This document shows positions 38,401-51,300 of a stretch of DNA of 64,000 nt, piece after piece. The stretch's first letter is position 1. Each line of letters opens with the position of its first letter. Made by a program: the position numbers and the translations under genes. The DNA is from Antedon mediterranea (lineage: Eukaryota > Animalia > Echinodermata). The DNA lies in assembly GCF_964355755.1 (NCBI RefSeq), contig NC_092678.1, forward strand, positions 21,717,365 through 21,781,364, read 5' to 3'. Under the pieces are notes generated by a model. It did not search any database and was not told the DNA's origin. It saw only the letters and a list, made by a program, of their open reading frames with translations.

Positions 38401-38454
38401 GCATGGCCCCTGTGCAAGGATGACACGCAAAATCGTGAAGCGTTCCATATTTTT
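38401..38454 (+). pseudogene. U6 3' half (nt 54-107), GCGCAA mutated to GTGCAA
   Basis: gcatggcccctgtgcaaggatgacacgcaaaatcgtgaagcgttccatattttt followed by the normal U6 downstream flank. The promoter and 5' half are missing. Confidence 0.9.
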
Positions 38455-40464
38455 AAATAAAAAAATAATATAATGATTTTTTTTTCTAGAAAAATTGAAA
38501 AAAAACTGATATAAAATTGTTTTGTAGCAGGGACTCATCACATCATTTTTAAAACGGTCATTATTATGGATTTAATACTAATATATTTGTTAAATATCAA
38601 TAAGGATAAATGTATTAATCTATCTGTGCCAAATTTAGGATAAAAAGTAGAATTTCGTTTGTTGTACGGTTCTAAAATTGTGTTCACTGTGTTTAAATTA
38701 TAGAATTGTCACTACGAGTGTTTCGTTAATCATTGGTAGAATGTGCCAGTCATAACTTGTTTATATTTATGAGATACCAAACCAAGTTTCATGTTTTTTT
38801 TTGCAATATTGGCATATAATTTGCATATCATTCGCATACATGTTGGGAAAAACTACTGAAAATATTACATTTCACACTTTTATTTCTGACAACAACAAAA
38901 TAAGCAATGTCGCCCTCTATATTTGTTCTCCGTTCTTACAATTTCAGTTTGCTCAGAATGTAAACAGTGTAGTTGTAAACATTTTACCGTCTGCTAGCAA
39001 GGTTTCTTGCCGGGAAAATTTGGAAACGTATTTTTATTGAATCATTTAATTACACCATTGTGATTTTCAAAGGTCACAGCTAATCTCTGTGGGAGTATTT
39101 ATGTGAAATATGCATTATTTCAATGTAAGTATTTGTTATTTTTCGAGTGTAGTCGGTCGTGTTAGGCTAAGAGTAAGCTGATTCTTATTTAGATTCCGTT
39201 ACTGTCTTGTTGGGGGCTGGTGTCCCAGTCGAAGATGGAATCGGTTGGGTGCTTGTGAACAATTTGGTTTAGGGCTTCGGAATGTCTCAGTAATAGTAGT
39301 GTAGAAGTTAGTGTTGGTAATGCTTTGTATTTTATTTATTTATTTTTATAGAAAAAATGTAGTTAGAGGCTATACTATATGGTATTAATTTGTTACTCTT
39401 TAAGTCTTAGTATCAATTAATGCATTAAAATAATATAGGCATATCTATTAAACAAGAATAGATTCCGGGGTTGGTTGCGTTCCACAGGGCCTAGACATAA
39501 AATTAGATACACCTCCATGATTGCTGCTGGCATACTATATATCCACGCTTTTTCATATTTAAACATGAAATATTTCTTACAAAAAACGCTGCTCCCTTAT
39601 TGACGTAACAGTTTTAAAGATATTGTCCCTCTGAAAAATATCTTTCATTTCAAATTTGTGTTTGAATGTGTCATTTTATTGACACATAATAGTTATTTTA
39701 CCTGAAAAAATGTAATTTAATGCAAAAAATACTTAAATTGTCTGTCAGACAATGGTTTTTGAGTTATAATTAAACGTTTCTTTTCTTTTTTTATATGTGA
39801 ACAAATATTATTTTTTTGTTACAGAGTTTGTGTTTCATATCAGTCACTTTAGTTTATTTTATTGCTAAGGTCAAGTCTGGGGGTCACTTCATCATGCCTA
39901 GATACTTCATTCAAATGTGAAGTATCATCTGACAGGAATTATATAATATCATGGGACTCATAAATACCACAAATGCTTTGGGATTTCTCATTCAACTGTT
40001 CCCAATCTTTCCCAGACATTTTTTAAATTACAGTTGAGTATACATTTTAGCAAAACTGTCAACCTTAGATATATAACTGCTGCTTTACTTTCGGTTTCTT
40101 AATGAGTCATCCTCCTGGGACGTAGCGGGCTAAAGCAGCAGCGTGAAAACCTTAAGACATTGGTAAGAATAGAATCATACTCTCATTCAATAACTAAACA
40201 TGTGCCTTTCTCTAGTCAACCTTTCGATTAAACATTAAGAAGTTTATCCTGTGAACAAAACACCAATTTTATAATAATTTTCAATAATAATATGCAATGA
40301 TATACATTTAAAGATAGGCACATTTATTTATATTGGCAATGGGTTGTAGTTATTTAAAAAATATTAATATTATACAATATCTCCACGTATTCTTTAATAA
40401 TGAGATGTATATTAATAATTTATCGAGAATAATCCTATGCTTGAATATTATCCCATCCATAAAA

Positions 40465-40615
40465 GTTCTACACTATCAAACTTTATGTGACAAAAAAATG
40501 TGATGTGCCCATATATGGACATGATGATGTCATATCACTACCATATTTGGGTGTATCGCTACCATGATCACATCACACTTTTTTTGTCAAACTAGTTTTA
40601 TAGTGTAGACAGAGG
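40465..40615. mobile_element. Short dispersed MITE-like family, at least 6 copies in the window
   Basis: tctacactatcaaac..tgtgatgtgcccatatatggacatgatgatgtcatatcactaccatatttggg..atagtgtaga. Other copies at about 7570, 8410, 19070, 46630 and 51960. Confidence 0.75.
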
Positions 40616-43549
40616 CTAGACTTAATTTTAGACAGATTTATTATAATCTAAAGTATCTTTCTCAACCCGAATTTTCCCCAAATTTCCAGCCTACTGAACG
40701 TTCAAGTTCAAAAAACATTTATTTGTTCAATGTAGGTTCAAATGTATAATATTTTTGTATTTTGTTTTTTTTTTAGTATTTTAAACTATTTCTGGTGGTA
40801 GAAGGTCTTGCTCCTGAGCAATGATCATTTTGTGGCATCTTGCATTTAGCCTTGCAGCTGTTTTATTATCATTCAAGGTTTTTCAATAATAATCATAATT
40901 AGACACCTTGAACAACTTATGAATGAGTAATAGTAATTCATACAAACAATAGACCATTTGTTTAAAGCTAGCTACTGGTTTAAAATTCCTTGTCTTTGAA
41001 AATCATAGGCGTGCTATAAATTGCACTCCTCAATACATTCAGGGGTGCTGTAGGTGTGCTGTTTGTGTGTGGAAGTTTACCAAATTATTAAGGCGTGTTG
41101 TAAATCGCAGTACTCCTCAAGGGCAGTTTAGGAGTGTGTTAGGTGAGTGATCGCACTTGCTTGCCTGAAATTAAAAGACAAGACCTGAATTTGTTATAGT
41201 TTTTATTGCCAATGCAATCCGAGTATACTGTAATCTCACCAACTATTAACTTTAAACTGTGGTGTCCTTTTTGAGTCCTCCGTTCCTCCCTCCTCCCCTC
41301 CCACATCACATTTGTAAGGCATAAATGTTTATAACCCCCGTCCAAGTATTGACTCTTGCTTGCCAAAAACATATGCTGGAGGAATTTTTTTAAAGCAAAA
41401 AAACCCCCAAAGGTCACCTTGTGTCATTGGTAAAGAAATATATGGTATATTAAGGCAGCAGAAATGAGTTACAAAATATACATATTGGAATATACCGTAT
41501 AATATCCACAAACAAATGAATTATTTATACTGTAATGACGGTAAAATATGGTATATTTTTATAAGACCCATTTCTGATGCCAAAAAAATACCATACGGAC
41601 GGTATATTTCTGGCGGCAAAAACAGGGCCTATAAAGAAGACATATTATAAATAGAGATCCAATAATATAATAAGAGATAAGATAATTTAATATAAGTTAT
41701 AGTACTTTTTGACAAGCTACTGTATGTACAGAAGCCTACCCTTTAAATGCCAAAGTTATTAGCATAAATGCAAATTAAAATGTGTCGTCTGGTTTTGTAA
41801 TTTCAAAACTGTATTATTTTTATTGCTGTATAGAGTGAGTCAGCGGAATGAAATATTTTCTTATTTTATGAAAAATTTATCTGGAATATAATGAAATACA
41901 TGAGCATGGCATGGTACACTTCTACGGAAAATGATATGCTTGCGCTTTGTTGCAATGTGTTTGATCTACGTCAAATTGTGCCTCAAGGTCTCGTATCTTA
42001 ACAAAATACGTTAAATAGTATTGCGTCGTTGAATGCATTTTAATTTTGCATTGACCATTACTCGTATTTGTCATAGTGTAAAAATTTATAATCATCTCTG
42101 AGGGATACTGTATGTTGTTATTGTGGTAATTTTAGAGTTGTTAACTGATCGTTGAAGAATTTTATTTATGAACATTGTAGTAGAAAATGTTGATATCGTA
42201 GACAAGATTTATGTTTTGAAAAATTCTGATTTTGTAGTTCAAATGTTGATATCAAATATTGATGTCATAGAACATGTTCAATCATAGAAAATATTATAAC
42301 CCATTAATATTTATTGATCGTTTGTTGCTCCTGTTATTATTAACTGTATATAATTGTTCAAATAGTAAAAAAAACAGACTATGAAAAAATGCATAAATCT
42401 TGTTAGTATTCTCAGTTCGGTAGTAGGGAAATGCTAGAAAGCTGGTCTATTACTAAGTGTGGATCCTTCTCATTTCCAATACAATCTCACACATGTTCTT
42501 GTCTTGATACAAGAAAACTGAAATTGAAATTTGTTGAATGTACTGAACATATTCAATACTAGAACTAATAGCTGACCTTTTTGCTTTCAAACTATGATTA
42601 TGATGTAATTTTAGACAGATTGAAAGTGGGCTTTTTCTTTGAAGCTTGTTTGAAACATAGCCCATTCATTTCCATTTAAACTTATACCCTAAATAATTCT
42701 CAAAATTAATTAATTAACTTTAAGTAAAGTACTCTAGATTTTTTAAGTTTATAGTAACAATCTCTTTTTGTACAGTAGGTAAAAACTCAATATGCATGCA
42801 CTTTTGTCAAAGATATTTTCACGAATATTTCTTGTGTTGAACTCACTATAGCAATTTGAGTTTAAACATAGTAGCGTGGGCCTAATAGCTCATTATAACC
42901 CATCTATGATCATTGAACTAACACGGTGAACAGTAATATTCCATTTTTAAATTAGTAACTGTATAGGCTTCTTGCCGTAATCAAACTGGCGTGGGATTAT
43001 TGGAATATTGTTGCTGGTACACTAGCTGTTTGTCATTGTGTGGGTTGTGATATTTAAATGCGAAATCAAAAGTAGTGAATTAAATTGATTAATTAAATGA
43101 TACATGCCGGCAACTAGAGTACAAGATAGTACTTATTGTGAAATTTATCTGTGGTGATTTGACATTTACCACTATCTACTGTACTGTGATCTAGAGGTTG
43201 TAGGTTCGAGTCAGGCCAGAGGAAGTTTTATTTTGTGGATGCGTTGATTTTAAGTAAGTTTAGTGTCTAAAACTAAAGGTACTGTAAACTGTTAATTTGT
43301 CATAATTATCCTTAGATATGTAACCATATTTCTGCTTAACATCTAGTTATTGTATCTGTGGTGACATTTATACCGCCGTCTGTGGTATAGAGGTTGTAGG
43401 TTCGAGTCTTAAAAAGTTTATTTTCCCGATGCATTGATTTTTTATTTTACATCTTAGAATTGTAACCATACTTCTACTTAATATCAAAATTATTATTTAT
43501 TATAAATGTGTAGTAGAACTCCTCCTTTCAGATACCATATTTAGAGTTA

Positions 43550-43850
43550 TCCCTATTAAGGGATACACCCCTACAGGTATTAAGGGATACACCCCTATTA
43601 AGGGACATACCCCTATTCAGAGGACACCCCTATTAAGGGCGACACCGCTATTCAGAGGAAACCCCTATTAGAGGACACACCCCAATTCAGAGGACACCCC
43701 TATTAAGGTAGAAACTTATATTCAGAGGACACCCCTATTCACAGGATACCTCTATTAAAGGCAGACACCCTATTCAGAGAACTTCCATATTAAGGAAGAG
43801 ACCCATATTTTAAGGGAGACACTCCTATGGTACATTGTATTCAGGGGACA
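43550..43850. repeat. Degenerate about 19-bp minisatellite (ggacacccctatt core)
   Basis: Repeated agaggacacccctattca/aag, probably the interior of a MITE. Confidence 0.8.
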
Positions 43851-44644
43851 CTTTTACATGATAAGAATGAAATTCAATATATATCACTACAGCCAACCTT
43901 TATTCAATGGAAACCTCTATTTAGTATTAACATTTTCTTGTGTCCTTAACGTGTCCTTGTGGTTCTACTCTATAGTACAGTATATTAAATCTGACCAGTA
44001 AAAATTCAGAACCACAACATAAACCAACAATATCATTGTTCACTTATAGTTAGCAACAGTGTAAGGATGTACAGTGAACAACGTGATGATGTTACAATAA
44101 CTTAATATGTGGCTTTGTAATCAGCGATCAATTGCATCAATTGTAGCTTCTTGCCCGTGGCCAAATGATGATAATCTCGCAGATGGTATAATAATACAAC
44201 ATACAAAATTACAGGCTTTAACTTATAATATTGTGATTAGAATTAGTATGAACTGACGCTTATAGGTTATGGCAACAAGTCATAAAAGCAGTTGAAGAAA
44301 CATTTTATATTGGATCAATGCGAACAGAGCTTTAGTCTTCTTCCCCCATTTCCTATCCTTTATTACTGAATCTGAAACTATATGTATATTTATACATTGC
44401 AGAGGATGTAAAATAATATCAATCCAATCAAATTTGAACCATACCATGGAAGCTGCAGTGGTAAATAGTTTAGTACATGTCTGGCAGAAGATTTTAGGTT
44501 TGAATCTTGTTTGGGGTGGCCTTTTTTTTCTTGATTTTCTTGTCTTCACCATTTATACATTTTTTTGATTTCCAGTTCAGTGCAATGTTTATAGTTTCTC
44601 TATGTCTGTTAAGTTATAATCATCACGAATGCTAAATGTCTTGT

Positions 44645-44820
44645 GACATAGCGCTCTTAACAAACCTTCTCCAATCAGAGTGATTATTGGCCTAAGTGTG
44701 CATAGACTCACTGTATCTATTTTTCTTTTCTTATCATTTTCTAAAATTTTTATCCATGTGGTTTGGGGTCTTCTTCATGGTCTCTTGATTTTCTGATTGA
44801 TTTGGATAGAGCTCTTTGCG
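44645..44820 (-). mobile_element. Degenerate RTE-like LINE 3' fragment
   Basis: Minus-strand remnants RP*RRPQTTWIKILEND and ..DWRRFVKSAM, with a stop and a frameshift. Confidence 0.4.
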
Positions 44821-45090
44821 GACTATAAACCGTAGGTCCAGTGTATGCATATTGCTTGTGTGCACTTTAAAGAATCTAGTACATCTTTCGAGACGAGTAG
44901 GGGGTTACCACGGTGTACTAGTTCACACACACACACTGTCGTGGACAGACGTAATGGCGGCGTAGTTGGCTGCCGATGACACAATGTGACCCTTAGTGGA
45001 GAAGAATGTTGTTGAAAAGGTGTAACATTAAAGTCCACAGCGCTCTGATCTTCATGAAATAGCGCTATATAAATGTCGTATTACATTACA

Positions 45091-45240
45091 TATGGCGCGC
45101 CAAGCTTTCATTTATTCAAGCAATAGAGATATCTTAGTTTTAAATAGAGATAAATCTTACTTTTAAATAGAGATATCTCTATCTTAGTTTAAAACTAAGA
45201 TATCTTTGTTTCCGAATAAATGACAGCTTGGCGTGCCATA
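45091..45240. mobile_element. 150-bp palindromic MITE
   Basis: tatggcgcgccaagctttcatttattc ... gaataaatgacagcttggcgtgccata. Confidence 0.75.
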
Positions 45241-45885
45241 GACATTAAGAGTCTAGACGAAGAAGGTGTCCACACCATGTCAAGCATCTTCTAATTATCA
45301 CTGTGCTCCACATTTTCTTGTTTATGCTGTTTATAATCTATATTTGTTACTATAGTTGGCCATATGATTAGTTATAACATTGTAAAATATGTATTAATAT
45401 TTTTAATATTGATATTCAATATAAATACTGTAACACTTTAAAACATTCACCAGTTATTATTATTATTATTTCCTGTCTATTGTAAAAATTATATTAAATT
45501 TAGAATATTTAATATTTTCGCAATGCGGTTTGTAATGCTATTTAAAATGCTGGATAATAAGATAATAAAAAAATAATCACTTGTCCAAAAAACACTAAAT
45601 CCTCTTGGACAGGTCTATTTTATTCAGAGGGAGTTGACATTTTAATTAATGATAGTACAGTATAGAATATAGATTTTTTTAAATGTATCGTTGTACCATA
45701 AACTAATAATACTGTAAATACTATTTCTTGTATAAGAGGTAAAAAAAAAATCAAATATTCTAGGAGCGAGTCGTCGATACGTTGACAGGCATATTTAATA
45801 CAGGATATTTAAAGTATTTAAGGCAATAAAATATTTTTAATTTGTAAATATATTAATAAATTACATCCCCGTATAAAATATTATT

Positions 45886-45970
45886 GTCTATTTCGTGCCT
45901 AGCTTACCTGGATAAACCGACAATAGCCTTTCTCCTTGAAGAGCGAGATATACCTCGAAAAGTAGAAATT
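45886..45970 (+). repeat. Member of a short dispersed repeat family (CTTACCTGGATAAACC), about 9 copies at 45.9-62.1 kb
   Basis: Copies at about 45890, 47240, 48878, 51078, 53675, 53750, 53905, 55990 and 62045. Confidence 0.8.
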
Positions 45971-48383
45971 TTCTTATGTTCTTTAAACAAATGATTTTTC
46001 AAACAAATATAATTTTACTAGATTTAGAAACTCCATTCTATGCAGCCTAAACTATCCAATTTACACATGGTATAGGGCTTCTTGTGTGATCAGTAATAAC
46101 TCTTAAATCTCGATACAATTCAATCTGATGTACCTCTGATAAACCCCTAAAAGTACTATACATCTGAAGGTAATTTTACCTCCGATATATTTCAGAATGT
46201 AATATTAAATCAGTTGGTTATTATCTATGTATTTTTTTGTGTTTTTAAACAAAGAACAAGCTAAACCGCAATGTAACTTCAACACACCACAATTTATACT
46301 CCGAAAAAGAGTGTGTGTCTTAACAAAGTTAAATAATATTAATATTTGTGTCAGTTTGTGGTAGATATTAAATTATTGATTATGAATATATTATCAAATT
46401 AATGTCGGTTGACATCCAAAATAGTTCAGTAACCTTTAATACAGATAAAATTACACAGCAGCTCCTTGTCAATATGGCCTATTGTTGTGTATTCATTTTT
46501 ATTGGTTATATCACATAATTGATGGTAAGAATAAAAATAAAGGTCACTGGTACGTTGAGTCATTATGCCGCGAAATATGCTTGTTGTTACGTGTGGCAAA
46601 GCTGAAATAGAGTTTGTCTGCTTTCTACTCTAATGTGATGTGCCCATATACGGACATGATGATGTCATACCACCACCCTATTTGGACATATCACTACCGT
46701 ATTTTGGCACATCGCACTTTTTTTGTTGTGTACACATAGCTTTAATACAGCTGGTATGCAACAATATTATAATGTCAATATTGTAAGTGTAAATATATTT
46801 TGTAGCACTTGATTGTCTGTTATTAAAGTAAATATTGCAAAGTGTAAATATAATTTGTGCACTCAATTGTCTGTTTAATAGTTTTAAAGTACCGTAATAA
46901 ATTTATTGAATTTCTTGATTATTCTCCTTCGCTGAACAAATTAAAGGCAGTAATTATGCGATTTCAAGATTTCTTGGAACAGATAGCCAGAACTAAAACA
47001 AGTAAATACATTAGGCCTAAAAAAGTTGTCAATTTGTTAAATAAATAGGCCTATAGTGTTGCCCAGATTTTGTTCTTATTTGATTTTGGGTAATTCTTCT
47101 AAAATATCTGGACCAAAACAGAACATTGCTTTAAAAAAATTACTAATATTTTCAACAAATTATTTTATATTTACCAACAAAATTTAAATCCGACCCAAGA
47201 TTTTCTCAAATTATTTTGACTTACTGTATTTGGATTATTTGGATAAACCAATAACAGCCTTTGTCTTCAATGATATTGATAAAAATAAATACAGATTTGT
47301 TGAACAACCCTATCCACTAATGGTACAGTCCATGAACCTTAGCATTTATAGTAGGTTTTCTTTCCATTTAAATTAAAGTTCTTTCAAGTAATGTTATTAA
47401 AATATTCATTTGAATGAAAATTTAGATATCGAGAATGAGTTAATATATGCAAATGACGTTGTCCTGCGGCTGTATGCGAAAAACTGTCAGAAAAAATCCG
47501 GTGGATTGTTTCAATGTTGACGTTAATGGCGTGTCCCATATGTTAATAGTCGTCGATCACAAGTCGATGAATTGGTTAATTTGCAATTCACATCTGTGAC
47601 TACAGTGTTTTAATTTCATGGTCTAAAATTGTATTTTCATGATGATTCTTTTGTTCTCTTTTGCTTTAGCTGTACTGTAAATTGTCTAAATTAAAAACAT
47701 TTACAGTAGGGATAAATTTTAAATAGAGATCAATTTAGAAATGTGTTTTTTTTTATCTGGTTTTTGTTGATTGCTTGTTTGATGATAAATTCATTTAATG
47801 AAAGCCGACTGTAGGAATTAATCAATGTGAAATCCTGTAGTACAATATTTTAGAAAAAAATTATTTGTTATTTCTTGATTACAAGGATCTCAAATTCTTT
47901 CTACTGAATTGAACAGTGTGTTGGCTTGCCATAATCATAGTCAAACAATGGTCTCATTTATACAAAGGGCACAGGTTCAATCTCTCCTCGACCATACTGT
48001 AGTTCTGGTGGTAGAACAATTCTTGGATAAGGACTTAAAACTAGAGATCCAGTGTACACATCTGGCTTGTGAGCACTTTAAAGAACCCAGTGCATCCTTC
48101 ACAAAAGTAGGGGTTACCCTGGAGTCTACTGTATCTCAGGCCCTGTTGTGGAGAGAAAAATGAGTGCCGTTTTGACAAAAGTTCCACACGAAGGGAACAC
48201 TATGGGTGATTAAATTTCTTATATGTGATATCATAGTCCACTGCGCTTTGTATGTACAGTATAGTATGAAGTGCATTTAATATATGGAATACAAATCTGT
48301 TGTGAAACTCACAGATTTCTCTTTACTTTACAGATAATGTTGAAATAGCCAACGCTTGGGAATTGAAATATAAACTTTTAAAT

Positions 48384-51300
48384 ATGTATGACAAAGTTGC
48401 ACCTGACTGCAATGAGTCGAACAGTTCACGGTCAACAGGACCGTTGTCGCTTCCGCACTTATCCAAAAGTTCCCGGAGTTCCAGTTCTCCGGAGTTACGA
48501 TTTTCCCCGGAAGTTACAACGAATCCTTTGATGCCTGCTCCAACGGAGACAACACCGCCACCACCTCAAACCAACTGCTCAACGTCAAGCAGTGCACATC
48601 AAATGCATGAGCCTTTAAAAAGAACTTCAACTTCGTCAGGGACGGACAAAAAATACGACCTACGTTGTTGCACGCTTCCTGTTTGTATTGTGACTCTTCA
48701 GATTCTATTAGGATTTATAATTACGACTTTTGGAATTGTGATGTTGCTAATGACGCCCTCTATAAAACACAGAGATGCACCTTATTGGGCTGGAGTCCTG
48801 GTAAGTACAGTATTTCATAAAAAGATGTACCGTAACTAAGTAAAAATGTGATGTTTGTAATCTATAAAAGTAAACCATTACCTGGATAAACCAACATTCC
48901 CCTTAACTTTCCCTCTGAAATTTTTGAAATCGTTGAACTTCCCTCTAATAAGTGGTATCGTCCGTAGACCAATCATGTTGGCGACCACCTTTATTAACAA
49001 TTTTAATCAAATAAAATGACTTTTTATGTGATTATGAAATTGAGTTTTCAAAAAACATTATCATGTATTTTAACGGAAGATTATACTCAGAAATGGCATT
49101 TATAATCAACTCAATCCTTGGAAGTTGACGCGTACTTATGTAACGACGTTGGCTAAGTAACTTTTGATTTGTATATTTACATTCATACAATATAATTTTC
49201 TTGAGGTCAATCACTGATATTGATTTGTGTATGTAGATATAGTTTATAGGTAATTAAAGAGTAGTTGGCTCAATTATTTTGGCTTTGTGTAGAGGTGTGT
49301 TTGTAAATTTAACAATCTACAGGTAATTGTAATAATCTGTTTTTGAAAATGTTTGTAGACGTTTATGCTACTGTAGATAGTTAATAGTAATACTCAACAC
49401 TATTGCAGCATGAAATAGAAATGTTAAAGCCCCATTCCCTACGTTTTTTAGATCTAATTTAAGATCACAAACTATATTTAATGTAAAAATAATACTATAT
49501 GGTCCTATTGCGATAACTTTTTTCGTCTTTAAACGGTTAAAAATGTGAAAAATAAGTCGATTCTAATAATTATAGCGGCCCGCTATAAATCCCAAAATGC
49601 ATTGCGCGCGGATTGATATTTTTGTTTTTCACCTGTAATTCGCCCACTTTTCGATCGATCGATCGTGAGGCCAAAACAAATGGAAGACTCCTAACCTTTC
49701 AGCGAAAATACCGGGTTTTCCCCAATTTGTATCAACGGAGTCTGGCAAAAATAGAAAGACAATTAATGCAGCAACTATACAACGTCAGGCTAGGTATATA
49801 GCTCGCGTACGATGTTCGTACGTTACCGATGTTTACCAGCTAGGCCTACAAAACTAAGCCTAGCTAGGCTAGGCCTAAGACCGTCCACGAGAGGTCGATC
49901 GCCGCGAGCTACTTAGGTAGAGCATTGTTTCTCACTTTTTGTCATAATTTACCATAAAACGTACATTTAAGACAAGGAATGACATGGTTTAATGTTTTTA
50001 AAGTGATATATATGTATTATTTTCCAAAAAACGTCCAAAATTGCAGGGAAGGGGTCTTTAAGCATTTTTTGTTGTACTATTTAAATTTAGTACTATCCAG
50101 GAAATTTGGTTCAATATGAATTTTGAGTAGAACATGGAAAAGGAAAACATAGTTTTGTAGTGCATTTTTTGCTATACTTTGGTGAATATGCATCTTAGCA
50201 AGATGTAGCATTTGGCTAGCTATACTATTCCCTGACATACAGTAGTTTTGTAGTGCATTTTTTGCTGCACTGTGATAATGCTTCCTAGCAATCAAGTGTA
50301 CTGTAGTATTTGGCTACATGCTATACCGGTGACAACGTTCCCTGGCTCCTTATTGTTTTATTATTATTTATCTCTAGATCTTCTATCTGGATAGATTCAA
50401 TAAACGATATGTGGTGATACAATTCAAATTCAATTTAAGTCAAACTTATTCACTGAGTGAGTCATATGGCCGAGCGGTTAAGGCAGGGGCGCCGTTTACC
50501 GTACCTAAAGAGCCAACAACAACATCGGCAAGGGTTCGAGGCCGACTCGCTCCTAGTTCTGGTGGTGGAACAAGTCTTCTCGGATAAGGACTATAAACCG
50601 TAGGTCCAGTGTACACAGTTATAACCTGTGTGTACTTTAAAGAAACCCAGTTCATTATTCGAAAAAGAGTAGGGGGTTACCCCGGTGAACTGGTTCACAC
50701 AATAGCCCCTGTATCAGGGGGATTACCACCTATCTGATAGGACAGTGATTAATTCACTATTGGTAATCCTTGGCCACATTGCCTAAAGACATAAAATAAA
50801 AAAAAAATAAAAAAAACCTTCCCTTAATAGGAGAAACGTAATAAAACAGTATATTGTACAATTTAAAAAAACACATTGATTTGATTTAAAATTCACATGG
50901 TCTATAGCAAAAGAAAGTCAAAATGGTTAATTAGAAAACAAATTTATAAAATATCAAAATCATATCATTGTGAAAAATTGCAGACTTAACGCTACAGTAT
51001 AATACTCTAGATTGACACACAGTAGGTTAGTTTTAAATAAATTCTTGGGATCACAAACTGGTTTTTTTTTGCAAAACATACCTGGATATTTAACCAACAT
51101 TTAGTCTTTCTCCCTCATTTAGATTTCAATCTTCTTGTAGTGTATTTCTAAATTCTGGTCTGGATTTGCTCTGTAGACCATTGTACACTTTGTACCATAC
51201 ATTACTCTAGTCAACTATCACAATAAAGGACTCCGTGAAAACCGGAAACTCTCCCAACACCCAAATTCATTTATACTATTAAAAACACATTCCAAATACT

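Larger units (their letters stand above)
23981..38710 (+). repeat. Tandem U6 gene array, about 1.96-kb unit, about 5 units (units 4-5 disrupted)
   Basis: U6 starts at 23981, 25939 and 27911 (spacings 1958 and 1972) with near-identical spacers. Spacer homology resumes at 29816-30000, 30611-30788 and 37721-38710. Confidence 0.92.

Noticed and set aside
42979-43050. Possible Cys-rich, insulin-A-chain-like peptide ASCRNQTGVGLLEYCCWYTSCLSLCGL
   Set aside because: Cys spacing (CC-x4-C-x3-C) does not fit insulin, the acceptor is weak, and no signal-peptide or B-chain exon was found. It is probably chance.
44280-44552. 90-aa basic ORF MVKTRKSRKKRPP
   Set aside because: It begins in a decayed duplicate of the adjacent RTE-like fragment and shows no recognisable domain or splice support.
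45900-45920. Spliced-leader RNA gene interpretation of GGTTTATCCAG|GTAAG
   Set aside because: The copies are too divergent for SL genes and no consistent Sm site follows the donor.
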